Of a stretch of 64,000 nucleotides of DNA, positions 38,227 through 47,168 are shown piece by piece (the stretch's first letter is position 1; each line of letters starts with the position of its first letter). Made by a program: the position numbers and the translations under genes. The notes beneath the pieces are model-generated. The model was not told the DNA's origin. It saw only the letters and a program-made list of their open reading frames with translations, and searched no databases. The DNA is taken from positions 4,320,001 to 4,384,000 of the forward strand of contig OZ244937.1 of NCBI GenBank assembly GCA_965222075.1, written 5' to 3'. Origin of the DNA: Candidatus Latescibacterota bacterium. Its GTDB lineage: Bacteria; Latescibacterota; UBA2968; GCA-2709665.

Positions 38227-38387
38227 TCGTCGGGCTGGTCGGTGGTTTCCCGGTGGGTAATGGATTCCTTCAGGGCATGGAGTTCGGTCCAGATGTCCCG
38301 CTCGCGGCGGGAGAGGCCGATGAAGTAGACGAGGACGGCCGCCCAGATGACGGTGTAGGCGGCGGCCAAGTATTCGAGGTATTGCAT
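38223..38387 (-). CDS. ccmD: Heme exporter protein CcmD
   Basis: MQYLEYLAAAYTVIW.. single TM helix plus charged tail, after ccmC, GGAGG RBS. Confidence 0.85.
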   Translation of the reverse strand: MQYLEYLAAAYTVIWAAVLVYFIGLSRRERDIWTELHALKESITHRETTDQPDE

Positions 38388-38404
38388 GGGGCCTCCAAAG
38401 TCGA

Positions 38405-39121
38405 TCAGAGGTTCGAGCGGCGACCGAGCAGGGTTTTTCGGTTCAGGATTTCGGCTTTCAGGGATTCGAGTTCGTGCCGGGCGAATTCGAGCGAGATGCG
38501 TTTGGCCAGAATGGCGGTGAAGAGCACCAAGAAGGTGGCTGTGCAAAAGAGGAAGACGGCCAGCATGTCGGGGGGCAGCCCGATCTTTTCGGCCCGGATG
38601 ACCTGGGGGTGGTGGGTGCGCCAGAGTTGGGTTGAGTAGTGGATGAGGGGGGCGTCCAAGAACCCGACGATGCCCAGGACGGCCCGGAATTTGGCGCTTT
38701 GCAGGGCGTCTTCGCTGTAGCTTTTGAGCATCATGTAGGCCACGAAGATCAGCCAGAGGACCAGGGTGAGGGTCAGCTGCGCATCCCAGACCCACCAGGT
38801 GCCCCAGATCGGTTTGGCCCACAGGGGCCCTGAGAGCAGGACCAGGGTGCAGAAGAGGAGGCCAACCTCGGCGGAGCAGGAGGCCCAGATGTCCCAGCGT
38901 TTGTCTTTGCGCCAGAGGTAGAGGATGCTGAAGAGGAAGACGAGAGTGAAGCCGGCATACATCGCAAAGGCCGAGGGTACGTGGAAGTACATAATTTTCT
39001 GGGCCAGGCCCATCTGTTTTTCCACGCTGGCGTAGACGAGGGCCATGTAGGGGGCGACGAGCATGCCGATAAGGGCCAGGACGCCCAGAGCCGAGGACCA
39101 GAGGTAGGGGCGTTTCTCCAT
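38405..39121 (-). CDS. ccmC: Heme exporter protein CcmC
   Basis: YFHVPSA, WAKPIWGTWWVWD (WWD domain), LWRTHHP. Confidence 0.93.
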   Translation of the reverse strand: MEKRPYLWSSALGVLALIGMLVAPYMALVYASVEKQMGLAQKIMYFHVPSAFAMYAGFTLVFLFSILYLWRKDKRWDIWASCSAEVGLLFCTLVLLSGPLWAKPIWGTWWVWDAQLTLTLVLWLIFVAYMMLKSYSEDALQSAKFRAVLGIVGFLDAPLIHYSTQLWRTHHPQVIRAEKIGLPPDMLAVFLFCTATFLVLFTAILAKRISLEFARHELESLKAEILNRKTLLGRRSNL

Positions 39122-39127
39122 ATGTAC

Positions 39128-39808
39128 TTATTCCTCCACCACGTAGTCAAACAGGAGCAGACAGGCCGTGACGAAGAGGACCGCAAACGCAGCGCCGAGT
39201 TTGAGCCAGTTTGCGATTGCCGAGAGGGGCTCGCCCGCCAGCACGGCCCGAAAGGATTCGACGGCTGCGAGGAGGGCGGGGACGAGTATGGGGAGGGTGA
39301 GCATGGGCAGGAGCGCCTCTTTGAGCCGGGTGTTGATGGACATGGCGGCAAAGAGGGTACCCACGGCCGCGAATCCAACCGTGCCCAGGAAGAGCGGCAG
39401 CAGTAGCCGGGGCAGGTGCTCCCAGACGGCGATGTTGAGGAAGACGACGAGCAGGGGAAGGATCAGGGCCTCCACAACGGCCATGGTGAGCAGGTTGGCC
39501 AGGGCCTTGCCCAGGTAGATCGCCCCTCGGTCGGCCGGGGAGAGGAGCAGACCCATGAGACAGTCGTTTTCTCGCTCCATCGTAAAGGAGCGGGTGAGAC
39601 CGAGCAGCCCGGCGAAGATGACGGCGATCCAGAAGATGCCGGGGGCCGCGGACTGCATGGCGGCCGAGCCGGGCTTGAGGGCGAAGTTGAAGACAAGCAC
39701 CACCAGAAAGGCGAAGAAGCACATGGCAGACAGGCGCTCTTTGGTGCGGACTTCGGTCTTCAGGTCTTTCCAGAGAACGGCGGCGACTTGGTAGAGGAAG
39801 AGAGACAT
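39128..39808 (-). CDS. ccmB: Heme exporter protein CcmB
   Basis: KDL..E.R, APGIFW, RSF..E.EN..L.GL, LLP.L..P. Confidence 0.92.
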   Translation of the reverse strand: MSLFLYQVAAVLWKDLKTEVRTKERLSAMCFFAFLVVLVFNFALKPGSAAMQSAAPGIFWIAVIFAGLLGLTRSFTMERENDCLMGLLLSPADRGAIYLGKALANLLTMAVVEALILPLLVVFLNIAVWEHLPRLLLPLFLGTVGFAAVGTLFAAMSINTRLKEALLPMLTLPILVPALLAAVESFRAVLAGEPLSAIANWLKLGAAFAVLFVTACLLLFDYVVEE

Positions 39809-39875
39809 GGCGTTATAGATTGAGAAAATTTGTGAAATTCGGCTCTGTGGAAAACGCTTGGGATTGCGGATCACC

Positions 39876-39980
39876 CCCCGGACGATTGGCTAACGCCTGT
39901 CTGCGTGCAACGCACAGGCAGGCCTGCCTCCGGCGGGCTGGCGTCCGCCTCCGGCTCACCGGATCGTCTCCTCTCCCTGG
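39876..39980. repeat. Dispersed intergenic repeat, copy 2, with a 27-bp palindromic insert
   Basis: Matches 2398-2475 plus the extra CCTGTCTGCGTGCAACGCACAGGCAGG (39896-39922). Confidence 0.85.
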
Positions 39981-40003
39981 AGTAAAGGTTTTTCAATCCG
40001 CAA

Positions 40004-40726
40004 TTATTCTGGCCCCTGTATCGTCTGTTCGTAGAGCGTTTCCAGTTCCTCCGGCGACAGGTCGGCGGTGTTGCCCTGCGCCCCGATCCGGCCGTGGTTC
40101 AGGATCACGAACCGGTCGGACATGGCCGCTCCCTGCTGGAGGTCGTGGGTAACCAGGATGATGGTTCGGCCCTCCCGGCGCAGGTCCTGGAGCATCCGGC
40201 CGAGCATGGATCGCGCGGAGGTGTCCAGGCCGGTAAAGGGCTCGTCGAGCAGGAGGATGGCGGGGCGGTGGAGGGTGGACCGCGCAATGGCAAGGCGCTG
40301 TTTCATCCCCCGCGAGAATCCCCTGACCCGGTCGGTTTGACGGTCCCGAAGGCCGACGGCGTCTAAGGCTGCGTCGATGCGGTCGTTCAGATTTTTCAGG
40401 CCGTACATGCGACCGTAGAAGATGAGGTTTTCCCGTGCGGTCAGGTCCTCGTAGAGAAGGGTCTGATGGGAAATGAAGCCGATGCCCGACCGTGCCTTTT
40501 CCGGATCCTGGCGGGTGTCGATACCCCAAACGGTGATCCGGCCCCCGGTCGGTTTGCCCAGGGTTGCGACAAGCCGCAGGAGGGTGGTTTTGCCCGCCCC
40601 GTTGGGGCCGAAGAGGGCGAGCGAGGTTCCCTCCGGGACTTTCAGGTCGATGCTCTGAAGGGCGGTGAGGTGCCCAAAGCGTTTGGTGACCCCTTGCAGC
40701 GCAATAGCCGGTGCGGTTGCCTCCAC
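40004..40726 (-). CDS. ccmA: Heme exporter ATP-binding protein CcmA
   Basis: GPNGAGKTT, FSRGMKQR, LLLDEP; upstream of ccmBC. Confidence 0.92.
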   Translation of the reverse strand: MEATAPAIALQGVTKRFGHLTALQSIDLKVPEGTSLALFGPNGAGKTTLLRLVATLGKPTGGRITVWGIDTRQDPEKARSGIGFISHQTLLYEDLTARENLIFYGRMYGLKNLNDRIDAALDAVGLRDRQTDRVRGFSRGMKQRLAIARSTLHRPAILLLDEPFTGLDTSARSMLGRMLQDLRREGRTIILVTHDLQQGAAMSDRFVILNHGRIGAQGNTADLSPEELETLYEQTIQGPE

Positions 40727-40731
40727 GGCGG

Positions 40732-41859
40732 CTAAGCCCCTGTGCTGCCAAGGGCCCGGGTGAGGCGGACGATTTCCGCCTTGAGGGCGTTTCGGCGGGC
40801 CCGATAGTCGGCTTCCGAGAGTTCGCCGTCGGCAAAGCGGTCGTCCAAATCGGCGATCTGTTCCAGCATCGCAGTTCGGCGAACCTCCAGGCCCGTGCCG
40901 CCCTGCCCGGAGAGGTCAGTGGGGATTTCCGCCTTTTGCCGGGGACGGAAGAAGACGGCTAAGAGGGCGAAGGCGACCGCGAGCGCGCCGGTCCCCCATA
41001 TAAGCGTCTCCCGCGAGATCCATTCTTCCAAGAGGGCAGGCGATCCGATCTGAAGGACAATCCGGTCGCCCGGTTTCAGGGCGGTTGCGGAGAACCTCCG
41101 GAAATTTCGTCCGTCGGAAACCGAGGCCTCGCCCAGGTCCTGGAGGGAGGATTCGGAGATGGGGGTGTCGGACGGGGCGATCAGGATGTCCACGGAACCG
41201 GTGGGGTAGTGGACCTCCTGCACCAGGCGTTGAGCCAGCGGCATCGGGTGGACAAACATGAGCTGGCTTCCACCGGGCTGTACGGGACGGGGGTCAATCA
41301 GGATCGGGCCGTGGGTGTGCAGGTTCTGCGGCCCTCTGAGGATGTCGGTAACGCCCTCAGGCAGGGAGACTTCCAGGCCGTGGCCGTTTCCGGTGATGTA
41401 GGTGCGGTCCCCGCTGTTTTGCACGATGAGGATCTGGGAAACTTCACCCGCCGCCGCGTCAACGATCATGTGGTGCGAAGTGAGGGCGATGGCGGTGTCG
41501 GCACCGGTGGTTTCGTAGACGGAGATTTCGACCGACTCGCCGCTCCCACCGTCCACGGGATGGAGGTAATCCACGCTGGCATAGGCGGCCGAGAGGATGA
41601 GATGCTCATCCCCGGCAGGGAGAGGCGCGTCGAAGCGGAACCGCCCGTCTGCATCGGTGGTGTCTTGAGCGGTGACGGCGGTTTGGGCACCGTGCCGGAT
41701 GAGGGTGACGGGGCAGTCGGGTACGGGGCGCGACAGGGTGCGGTTGAAGACGCGGCCTGGAATAGATCCGGCAACGGCAGGGGACGAGAAGACGAGCGTG
41801 AGGGCGACTAAGGGAACGAGCGGACAGGAGGTTCGGAGGGGGGATCTGCGGGCGCGCAT
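40732..41859 (-). CDS. Exported beta-sandwich protein with TM helix and CcmI-like C-terminal helix
   Basis: Signal peptide, 'TTDADGRFRF' carboxypeptidase-regulatory-like motif, TM helix, 'IADLDDRFADGELSEADY..R..LK'. Confidence 0.7.
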   Translation of the reverse strand: MRARRSPLRTSCPLVPLVALTLVFSSPAVAGSIPGRVFNRTLSRPVPDCPVTLIRHGAQTAVTAQDTTDADGRFRFDAPLPAGDEHLILSAAYASVDYLHPVDGGSGESVEISVYETTGADTAIALTSHHMIVDAAAGEVSQILIVQNSGDRTYITGNGHGLEVSLPEGVTDILRGPQNLHTHGPILIDPRPVQPGGSQLMFVHPMPLAQRLVQEVHYPTGSVDILIAPSDTPISESSLQDLGEASVSDGRNFRRFSATALKPGDRIVLQIGSPALLEEWISRETLIWGTGALAVAFALLAVFFRPRQKAEIPTDLSGQGGTGLEVRRTAMLEQIADLDDRFADGELSEADYRARRNALKAEIVRLTRALGSTGA

Positions 41860-41864
41860 GGACC

Positions 41865-42296
41865 TTATCCACGGTTGAGGGGTGTGCCGCACCGGGGGCA
41901 GAACCGGGCATTGCCGGGGGGAACGGTTTTGCAGTTCGGACAGGCAGCTTTTTTGCCTTTTGGGGAGCGCCGGAGGGCCGCGATTTCCTGCTCGATGCGG
42001 TCTTCGACGGCCTCTGCCCGGCCGTTCGTCCCGTCGATGGCTTTCAGGAGTTCGACGGCCTGAGATTCGTAACGCGCCCGGGTCTGGCGGTAGTCGTCCT
42101 CTTCTACTTTGCCCATGCGATAGTCAAAGTCGAGTTCCTGGATGGATTCGTAGAGGGTCTCCCGGTCTTCCAGGAGTTGACGGCGACGGTTTTCCTTACG
42201 GGAGGCCCGGTCGATTTCCCCGCGGGCCGCGAAGAGGGGGCGGAAAACGAAGATGAGTACGACCCCTGCGACCAGGATATAGGCGGCGGCAATCAC
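41865..42296 (-). CDS. CcmI-N-like membrane protein with C-terminal zinc ribbon
   Basis: TM helix + 'ELDFDYRMGKVEEDDY' + CPNC..ARFCPRCG; GTG overlaps the ccmH stop. Confidence 0.8.
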   Translation of the reverse strand: MIAAAYILVAGVVLIFVFRPLFAARGEIDRASRKENRRRQLLEDRETLYESIQELDFDYRMGKVEEDDYRQTRARYESQAVELLKAIDGTNGRAEAVEDRIEQEIAALRRSPKGKKAACPNCKTVPPGNARFCPRCGTPLNRG

Positions 42297-42838
42297 GTTT
42301 CGCGTTCCTTGAGCTCGCGTTCCAGTTTTGCCCGGTAGGCGTCGTCTACCCCGGCTTCCGACGGCTGCACCGGTGCAGGCCCCTGTTTCCCCTGAGACCA
42401 GTTTCGGATGACGGTCCAGACGAAGAGGGTGCCCAGGGCCAGGACGAGGAAGGGCATGACCCAGGCGGTGAGATTGAAGCCCTCTGCGGGGGGGCTGGAA
42501 AACGCCTCCTGGCCGAACTCTTTGACAAATCCGGCGACGATGGTTTGTTTGTCCTGGCCCGCTTTTAGGGCGTCGGCAATGCGGATGCGGTTTTTGTCCG
42601 CCCAGCCACAGGCGCATTCGTGCAGGGGACGGCGCGGACAGGAGCCGCAGAGGCAGGCCAGTTCCCTGGCAACGTCTTTGACCAGAGCGTCGGTGACTTC
42701 GGCGGCTGTCGGGGCAATGGCAAAGAACAGGCAGAGCGCGAGGAGCGGGGTACAGACGGCAGAATGGACGATGGACGACGGACGAAACCAGATGGCTTTA
42801 GGGGTTTGACCTTGGTCCGTGGTCTGCGGTCTTTTCAC
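42293..42838 (-). CDS. ccmH: Cytochrome c biogenesis protein CcmH/CcmL-like
   Basis: ELACLCGSC, I...L..G, FV.EFG, PP..GFNL.AW..P; the true start is probably downstream of the repeat-rich first ~25 codons. Confidence 0.82.
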   Translation of the reverse strand: MKRPQTTDQGQTPKAIWFRPSSIVHSAVCTPLLALCLFFAIAPTAAEVTDALVKDVARELACLCGSCPRRPLHECACGWADKNRIRIADALKAGQDKQTIVAGFVKEFGQEAFSSPPAEGFNLTAWVMPFLVLALGTLFVWTVIRNWSQGKQGPAPVQPSEAGVDDAYRAKLERELKERET

Positions 42839-44835
42839 GCGGTGGCCTCCTGTCGCGCTTCCTCGTGTATGCCGCTGATACGCCCGCGTCGGAGTTTCTC
42901 ACGTCTGTCGGGCCACATGGCAACGATCGTTCCGAGGGTAAGCACACAGGTCCCGATCCAGACCCACATGACGAGGGGGTTGACGTAGGCCCGGAAGAAG
43001 GCCGTGCCCTCCTGGTTCTGGCCTTCGTAGAGGACGTAGAGGTCCTCGCGGGGGGTGGACCGGATGGCGACTTCGGTGGTGCGCTGCTGGTCCTGGCGTT
43101 TGTAGTAGACGTGCTGCTCGGGCCACATGGTGCCCAGACGCCTGTCACCGCGATAGACGCCTAGCTGGGTCTGGATGACGACGGTGAGCGGGTTCTGGCT
43201 TTCCGAGGTGCCTTCGTAGACAAGCCGGTAGGTCCCCACGTCCATGGATTCCTCGTATTTCAGCCCGGCTTCGGTTTCTTTGTTGAAGGCGTTTCCGGTG
43301 AATCCGACGAAGAGGAGGACGACGCCGAAGTGGACGATGTAGCCGCCATATCGGCGCCGGTTGCGTCCGGTGAGGGTCCACAGGGCCGTGAGATAGGACT
43401 CTCCCGAGTTGCTGCGCCGGGCCCGGGCGCCCCGGTGGAACTCGGTGATAATGGTGCCAACCACAAAGCCGCACAATGTGAAGGAGATAAGGGCGTAGAC
43501 GTCGTGTGCCCCAAGGACAAAGGCCGCGGCCCCGCAGAGGAGACCGAAGATGCTGGACGCGGTAAAGTGCCGTTTGAGGCTCTTGCCCGAGGTCTTCCGC
43601 CAGGCCAGGAGGGGGCCGATGCCTGTAAGGGCGAGGAGCAGCAGGCCGATGGGGACCATGACGGCGTTGAAGAAGGGGGGGCCGACGGTGATTTTGGAGC
43701 CGGTGACGGCCTCGGAGATCACGGGGAACATGACGCCCCAGAAGATGGCGAAGGTGGAGGTGAGGAAGAGCAGGTTGTTGAGCAGGAAGCCCCCTTCACG
43801 TGAGACGGGAGATTCGTATTCGTTGCGGCTTTTGAGCAGGCCCAACCGGGTCTTCAGGAAGTAGGCGGAAAAGAGGATGATGGCAACGACGAACCCGAAA
43901 AACATCGGTCCGGTGGGGGACTGGGCGAAGGCGTGGACCGAGGAGACGACGCCGCTGCGGGTCAAAAACGTGCCGTAGATGCAGAGGGTGAAGGTGAGGA
44001 TGATGAGGATCATGTTCCAGACTTTGAGCATGCCTTTCTTTTCCTGGATCATGACCGAGTGGAGGAAGGCGGTGCCGGTGAGCCAGGGGAGGAGGGCCGC
44101 GTTTTCCACCGGGTCCCAGCCCCAGTAGCCGCCCCATCCGAGGACCACGTAGGCCCACTTGCCGCCCAGGAGTTGGCCGGTGCCCAGGAAGACCCAGGGG
44201 AGAATCGTCCAGCGCCTTGTGGTGCGGATCCAGTCTTCGTTGGGTTGCCGGCTGATGAGGGCGGCCATTGCAAAGGCATAGGGGACCACAAAGCCGACGT
44301 ATCCCAGGTAGAGCATAGGGGGATGAATCTGCATGTACGGATGGACCAGGAGCGGGTTCATGCCCTGTCCGTCGGCCGGCATGAATCCGAGCAGTTTGAA
44401 GGGGTTCTCGTAGATCGCGATCAGGCCCATAAAGAAGACCTGTACGGCCGCCAGGACCGCAGTGGCGTACGAGGCCAGGGGCCCCCGAAACCGCCGGCTC
44501 ATCCGCACGGCAAAGAAGCTGTATCCGGAGAGGACAAAGGCCCAGAGGAGGAGGGAGCCCTCCATGCCGGACCAGAGGGCGGTGAATTTGTAGGGGGTAG
44601 GCAGGTCGCGGCTGGCGTGGGTGGCCACGTAGTGGACGTCGAAGCGGTCGTTTAGAAAGAGGTATTCGAGAATGGCAAAGGCCAGCAGGAGGAGTCCGAA
44701 ACTGGCATAGACCGCACGTTCGGCGCTCAAGGTGAGGTCTATGCGTCGGGTTCGCCCCGCAAGCGCGGCGGCTGCGACGCCGTAGAGGGACGTGATAAGG
44801 GTAAGCCAGATGAAGAAGTTGCCGAGGTCGGCCAT
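42835..44835 (-). CDS. ccmF: Heme lyase CcmF/NrfE
   Basis: W.GMEGSLLLW, GMNPLL, IHPPMLYLGY, WGGYWGWDPVENA, GTFLTRSG..SVHAF. Confidence 0.96.
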   Translation of the reverse strand: MADLGNFFIWLTLITSLYGVAAAALAGRTRRIDLTLSAERAVYASFGLLLLAFAILEYLFLNDRFDVHYVATHASRDLPTPYKFTALWSGMEGSLLLWAFVLSGYSFFAVRMSRRFRGPLASYATAVLAAVQVFFMGLIAIYENPFKLLGFMPADGQGMNPLLVHPYMQIHPPMLYLGYVGFVVPYAFAMAALISRQPNEDWIRTTRRWTILPWVFLGTGQLLGGKWAYVVLGWGGYWGWDPVENAALLPWLTGTAFLHSVMIQEKKGMLKVWNMILIILTFTLCIYGTFLTRSGVVSSVHAFAQSPTGPMFFGFVVAIILFSAYFLKTRLGLLKSRNEYESPVSREGGFLLNNLLFLTSTFAIFWGVMFPVISEAVTGSKITVGPPFFNAVMVPIGLLLLALTGIGPLLAWRKTSGKSLKRHFTASSIFGLLCGAAAFVLGAHDVYALISFTLCGFVVGTIITEFHRGARARRSNSGESYLTALWTLTGRNRRRYGGYIVHFGVVLLFVGFTGNAFNKETEAGLKYEESMDVGTYRLVYEGTSESQNPLTVVIQTQLGVYRGDRRLGTMWPEQHVYYKRQDQQRTTEVAIRSTPREDLYVLYEGQNQEGTAFFRAYVNPLVMWVWIGTCVLTLGTIVAMWPDRREKLRRGRISGIHEEARQEATA

Positions 44836-44952
44836 TGAAAGTCCTTAAGGCGTGAAACGTGAAACGTGCCACCCCACCTCACCTCCCAAATCTGGAAGCC
44901 GGGGTTCCAGGGAGGGGTAGAGGGGTTGTTTGCCGTTTGCCGTTTCACGGTG

Positions 44953-45414
44953 TTATTTTTTATACCCCTTCTTCATCTCTTCAAAGCTCTGGCCTTCGTA
45001 TTTGGAGGGACACTTGGCCAGGAGGGTTTCGGCGTGGAAGACGCCGTCGGACCCGGTCTTGCCCTCCAGAACGACATCGGATTCATCCCTGAAGGTGTCG
45101 GGGACGATGCCTTTGTAGCGGACTACCCTCGGTTCTGAGAAGGCGTCCGGGGCGCCACCGACCGGTTCCCAGATCCGGAATGCCACGGCCAGGGTGCGGT
45201 CGTCGGTCTGGATGGAGCCGGGGACGACTTTTCCGGCGAGCTTGATCCGCCTGTCCACAAACTCCGTCTCCCGGGCCTCCAGTTCGGTTACGGTAAAGTA
45301 GTACATGGCCGATTTCTGGAAGCCGGATACGACGAGGTAGAGCAGGCAAAGGACAATGACGGTGAATCCCGCCACGAATTTGACTTTTTTGCGAGCCATA
45401 TTTTGTTCCTTCAT
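44953..45414 (-). CDS. ccmE: Heme chaperone CcmE (CxxxY variant)
   Basis: GKVVPGS, YKGIVPDTF, V.LEG, LLAKCPSKY. Confidence 0.93.
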   Translation of the reverse strand: MKEQNMARKKVKFVAGFTVIVLCLLYLVVSGFQKSAMYYFTVTELEARETEFVDRRIKLAGKVVPGSIQTDDRTLAVAFRIWEPVGGAPDAFSEPRVVRYKGIVPDTFRDESDVVLEGKTGSDGVFHAETLLAKCPSKYEGQSFEEMKKGYKK

Positions 45415-45448
45415 GGGTCCTGATTTTGAGTCTGATCCAAGGTCTGTT

Positions 45449-45625
45449 CTATTGGATCAATAAGGGCTTAAAGATAACCAAAAAGGACCTATGTGACAAC
45501 TCAAATCCCGCCCCTTCGGGAGCGCATACCACCACCGTGGGCCGGTCGGCGACGCGGGCGGAGTCGAGATCAACCGCTGTGACCTTCCCGGAGGCCTGTT
45601 CCAGCCCCTCCCGGTCGAAGACCAT
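45449..45625 (-). pseudogene. Small ORF resembling a SpoU/TrmH fragment
   Basis: MVFDREGLEQ...DL....DRPTVVVCAPEGAGF; shares CTCCCGGTCGAAGAC with the intact TrmH gene near 38034-38048. Confidence 0.35.
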
Positions 45626-45659
45626 CTCTCCCCGTTTTGGCTTTCGGCGGTTTCCCTGC

Positions 45660-47156
45660 CTATTGGTTTTCGGTTTTACCCTCTGTGGGAGTGAGTTCGA
45701 TGCGGGTGACCGGACCAAGGGTGGAGAGGGGTTTGTCGAGTTTTTTCTCGTTGCCCACGACGACGATCGCGACTTTATCGGGGTGCATGTATTCCCGCGC
45801 GACCCGGAGGGCGTCGTCCTTTGTGACGGCCTGGGTGCGGACGATATAGGATTCTAAGTAGTCGTCCGGGAAGCCGTAGTATTTGTAGTAGACCTTCTGA
45901 TCGACGATGGCCGAGCTGGAGGCGTAGTTGAAGACGTCGGAGTTGATGAGGCGGTTTTTAGAGAATTCGAACTCCTCATCCAGGATGGGGCCTTCGCGCA
46001 TCTTCCGGGTGATGTCGAGCATGGCAGCGATCGCTTCGACGGTGGTTTGGGCCTTGGTCTGGCAGGAGATATAAAAGGGCCCCTTGGCGGGTCCCCGGGT
46101 AACGCCGCCGCCAACCGAATAGGCGAGCCCCCGGGCGCTGCGGATCTCTTTGCCGAGGCGAGAGGTGAAGGTACCCACGCCGTAGATCCGGTTCATGATC
46201 CGGATGGCGTACCAATCCGGGTTGAGGTTGTCGATGCCGAGGTGGCCGATGTAGATAGAGGACTGGTTCACGTCTTTTTCGATATAGTAGACGCCCGGTT
46301 CGGGGTCACGAACTCTGGGGACTTCGGGAAAGTCGATCTCCGCGCGTTCCCAGCCCTGGAAGGCCTCGCGGATTCTGGCGACGATGTCGTCGGCCTTAAA
46401 GTCTCCAGAGACGGCGAGTATTGTGTTATTAGGGTGGAAGTATTTGCTGTGGAAGGCGACCATGTCGTTCCGGGTGATGCTTTGCACGGTTTCGATTGTG
46501 GAGTGCCGGCCCCAGGGGCTGTCTTTGCCGTAGATCACCTTGTAGAACTCACGGGAGGCGACCGCGCGGGGGTTGTCGTTGCGGCGGCGGATGCCTTCGG
46601 CCGTCCGGCGTTTGGCCAGGTCGATTTTGTCCTGCGGAAAGGTGGGGTTCGTGAGCAGATCGGCAAAGATTTCCAGGCCCGTGTCGATGTGCTTGGCCAG
46701 TACGGAGAGGGAGGCCGTGCCGTGGGACTGGCCGATGCCGACTTCGACTGAGCCGGCGATGAAGGCGAGTTCTTCGTCGAGTTGATCCCCCGGTCGTGTG
46801 GGGGTGCCCCCGGTGCGCATGACGCGACCGGTGAGGCCGGCGAGTCCGACCTTGTCGGGCGGTTCGTAAATGGTGCCGGTGCGGATGTAGGCCTTGACGT
46901 TGAAGAGGGGAAGTTCGTTGTCCTCTAAGATGTAGAGGACCATGCCGTTTTCCAGCGTGACGATTTCGGGTTGCGGCGGGTTGAAGGTGAGCGGTTCGGG
47001 TGGAGGCAACTCCGAGGGGTGCTGCTGGGCTGTGAGCGGTGAAAAGGATCCCAGGCAGAGGGCGTACAAGAGTCCGGTCTGGATGGCGAGGTGCCGGACA
47101 GAGGATTTATGCACACTCAGAAGAAAAGAGAGATAGGGTTTCATTATTGTCCTCAT
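45660..47156 (-). CDS. M16 family peptidase, non-catalytic subunit
   Basis: TLENG..Y, GLA.L....M..GG, YFHPNN..L..SGD, SRL.KEIR..RGLAY; lacks HxxEH. Confidence 0.9.
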   Translation of the reverse strand: MRTIMKPYLSFLLSVHKSSVRHLAIQTGLLYALCLGSFSPLTAQQHPSELPPPEPLTFNPPQPEIVTLENGMVLYILEDNELPLFNVKAYIRTGTIYEPPDKVGLAGLTGRVMRTGGTPTRPGDQLDEELAFIAGSVEVGIGQSHGTASLSVLAKHIDTGLEIFADLLTNPTFPQDKIDLAKRRTAEGIRRRNDNPRAVASREFYKVIYGKDSPWGRHSTIETVQSITRNDMVAFHSKYFHPNNTILAVSGDFKADDIVARIREAFQGWERAEIDFPEVPRVRDPEPGVYYIEKDVNQSSIYIGHLGIDNLNPDWYAIRIMNRIYGVGTFTSRLGKEIRSARGLAYSVGGGVTRGPAKGPFYISCQTKAQTTVEAIAAMLDITRKMREGPILDEEFEFSKNRLINSDVFNYASSSAIVDQKVYYKYYGFPDDYLESYIVRTQAVTKDDALRVAREYMHPDKVAIVVVGNEKKLDKPLSTLGPVTRIELTPTEGKTENQ

Positions 47157-47168
47157 CTATGTGGAGAC

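Noticed and set aside
42760-42835. Heptamer runs (ATGGACG, GGTCCGT; also 20209-20290 and 44851-44950) as coding or regulatory signals
   Set aside because: Common low-complexity intergenic heptamer-hairpin repeats; they only inflate ORF N-termini
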